This document shows positions 62,461-64,000 of a stretch of 64,000 bases of DNA, piece after piece. The notes below the pieces were generated by a model that ran no database searches, was not told the DNA's origin, and saw nothing but the letters and a program-made list of their open reading frames with translations. The position numbers and the translations under genes were made by a program. Each line of letters starts with the position of its first letter. Position 1 is the first letter of the stretch. Origin of the DNA: Stegostoma tigrinum (lineage: Eukaryota); the NCBI RefSeq assembly GCF_030684315.1, contig NC_081356.1, positions 33,071,197 to 33,135,196 of the forward strand, read 5' to 3'.

Positions 62461-64000
62461 AAATTGAAGTTCCAAAGTTTCTGATGCATAACATAGGCAC
62501 TATGTGGAGCACTTTGGATAGACAGCAGTTGGGGTCTGACCTAGTACCTTCTCAGAGACAAGTCTTACCCAGAGCCTGGCACTAGCAGGGGCAATTAATC
62601 AGGGGTGTGGCGCTAGAGGGCCCAATGTGTTTGGCCCTGACCCCTGCTGCATTGTGTTTGGGCCGGGGGGCATGGTTAATTGTTTTTATCCCTATTGCAG
62701 TCTTACCTACGTCTTATTAGTAATCATTAATATAATAAATTACTGAGATGTAATAAATTACATCTTGTTAATTATTAAGAGGATGACTGTCTTCTGCTGA
62801 CACTTACTTGTGGCTCATCCCTCACCACAGACCACTGCTGAACAGTCCCTAGGCCAGTAGAACAGAAAGGAACAGCAGTGGCAGTCTACCCCACAAATGA
62901 TTGGTGCTCAGAGCTTCACATCACTGTTAGAATAAATGGCATCATGGATGTAATTCTGACTCATTGGACTTGAGTGGCAAAGTCCAATCCAAACAGCAGA
63001 AATAATAACATGCTTTCCAGGAGAAGGAAGTGCAAACAATGATAAAATGTTCTGAAAAATAAATTGACATTTTGAATTAACTGTTATCTTTCAGATGATC
63101 TTCTTATGTGCTCAGACTGCGCTCAAATTGTTAATGGGATGCAAGCATCATTGGCCAGCATTTATTACCCATCTCTGATGCAGGAGATTATTGTGATATT
63201 TCTTCCTCAGCTTATTCAAATAATAGAGGAACCTTTGTTAAACTACATTTGGTTCAATGCATTCATCATTCAGAGGATTACCAGCAAACCTGGACTGTGG
63301 AAAATAGGGTGATAGTGTTGTCTTAAACTGTTTTTTGGAAGGTTTCAGGTTGAACAGACTATTCTGCTGTAAGACTGTCGGGACCATAATGCTTGGTTAC
63401 ACACATTTTCAAATCAGTACTATTGTACTGTAATTAGCAAATTCCCCATGCAAAACATCAGTTCCAAGGATGAAATTAAAGCACTTGATTTATTTGAACC
63501 TGCACATACCCAATTAGATTGGTGTTTCACGTTTATTAGAAATGTGTTTTAAAGTGTTACTCTTGCAACATTTGTATAAGGTTTTATGCAGCATTTCCCT
63601 TCCCAAATTGCCTCTCAAGAATATGCAAGCCTGCTGGACCGCATTCTATAATCCACCTTGGTCACTAGTTAGTAAAATCTTTCAATTTGGAGTGAAATAC
63701 GTCAGCTCCCAGCAAAGTGTGCTGTCACAATATTGCAATTTTTTTTATTTGTCTTTCTGCCAGGCTTTCATAAACAAGATCACACAAACAGGATCCAAAA
63801 GTAATGTTCTAGTCCCTCAGAACAACAATAAAGGTGGTTTTGACTGTGGAAAAAAATCATCTTTGTGGCTTTAGGGCTAAAATATTTTCCCCAAGACTAA
63901 ATCTAGAGTTGCATGTCATTATTGTTAATTCTCCTTAAAAATGGTTTCATCAAGTCCTGTTATGTACAGAGGCATCAAAAACTTTTCTGGAGTGGTTTAT

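Overview
Eukaryotic, repeat-rich vertebrate DNA. The repeat families (HE1-type and Deu-type SINEs, CR1, Neptune-like Penelope elements) point to an elasmobranch/shark; this is an inference. The window appears to lie within the + strand gene PLPPR1 (phospholipid phosphatase-related 1). Three internal coding exons are visible (27619-27807, 46870-47002, 55775-56025), with canonical AG/GT ends and compatible phases. The rest is intron filled with retroelements (CR1, L2, RTE, Rex1/Babar, a decayed Gypsy, tRNA-derived SINEs) and one Tigger/pogo DNA transposon. The most notable structure is a Penelope-like (RT + GIY-YIG) system. It includes a 4.7-kb head-to-head inverted insertion (57255-61965) with a 13-16 bp target-site duplication, and at least six miniature palindromic insertions built by the same rule: one arm ends in a ~33-nt tail and the opposite arm stops short of it. 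Most arms carry a minimal hammerhead-ribozyme-like core. Inverted copies, tails and hammerheads are each already described for Penelope-like elements, so this is a very clear example rather than a proven new system. The less expected parts are the size series, the tandem re-insertion at one site and a 3' fold shared by two families. All identifications were made by eye; no database search was run.
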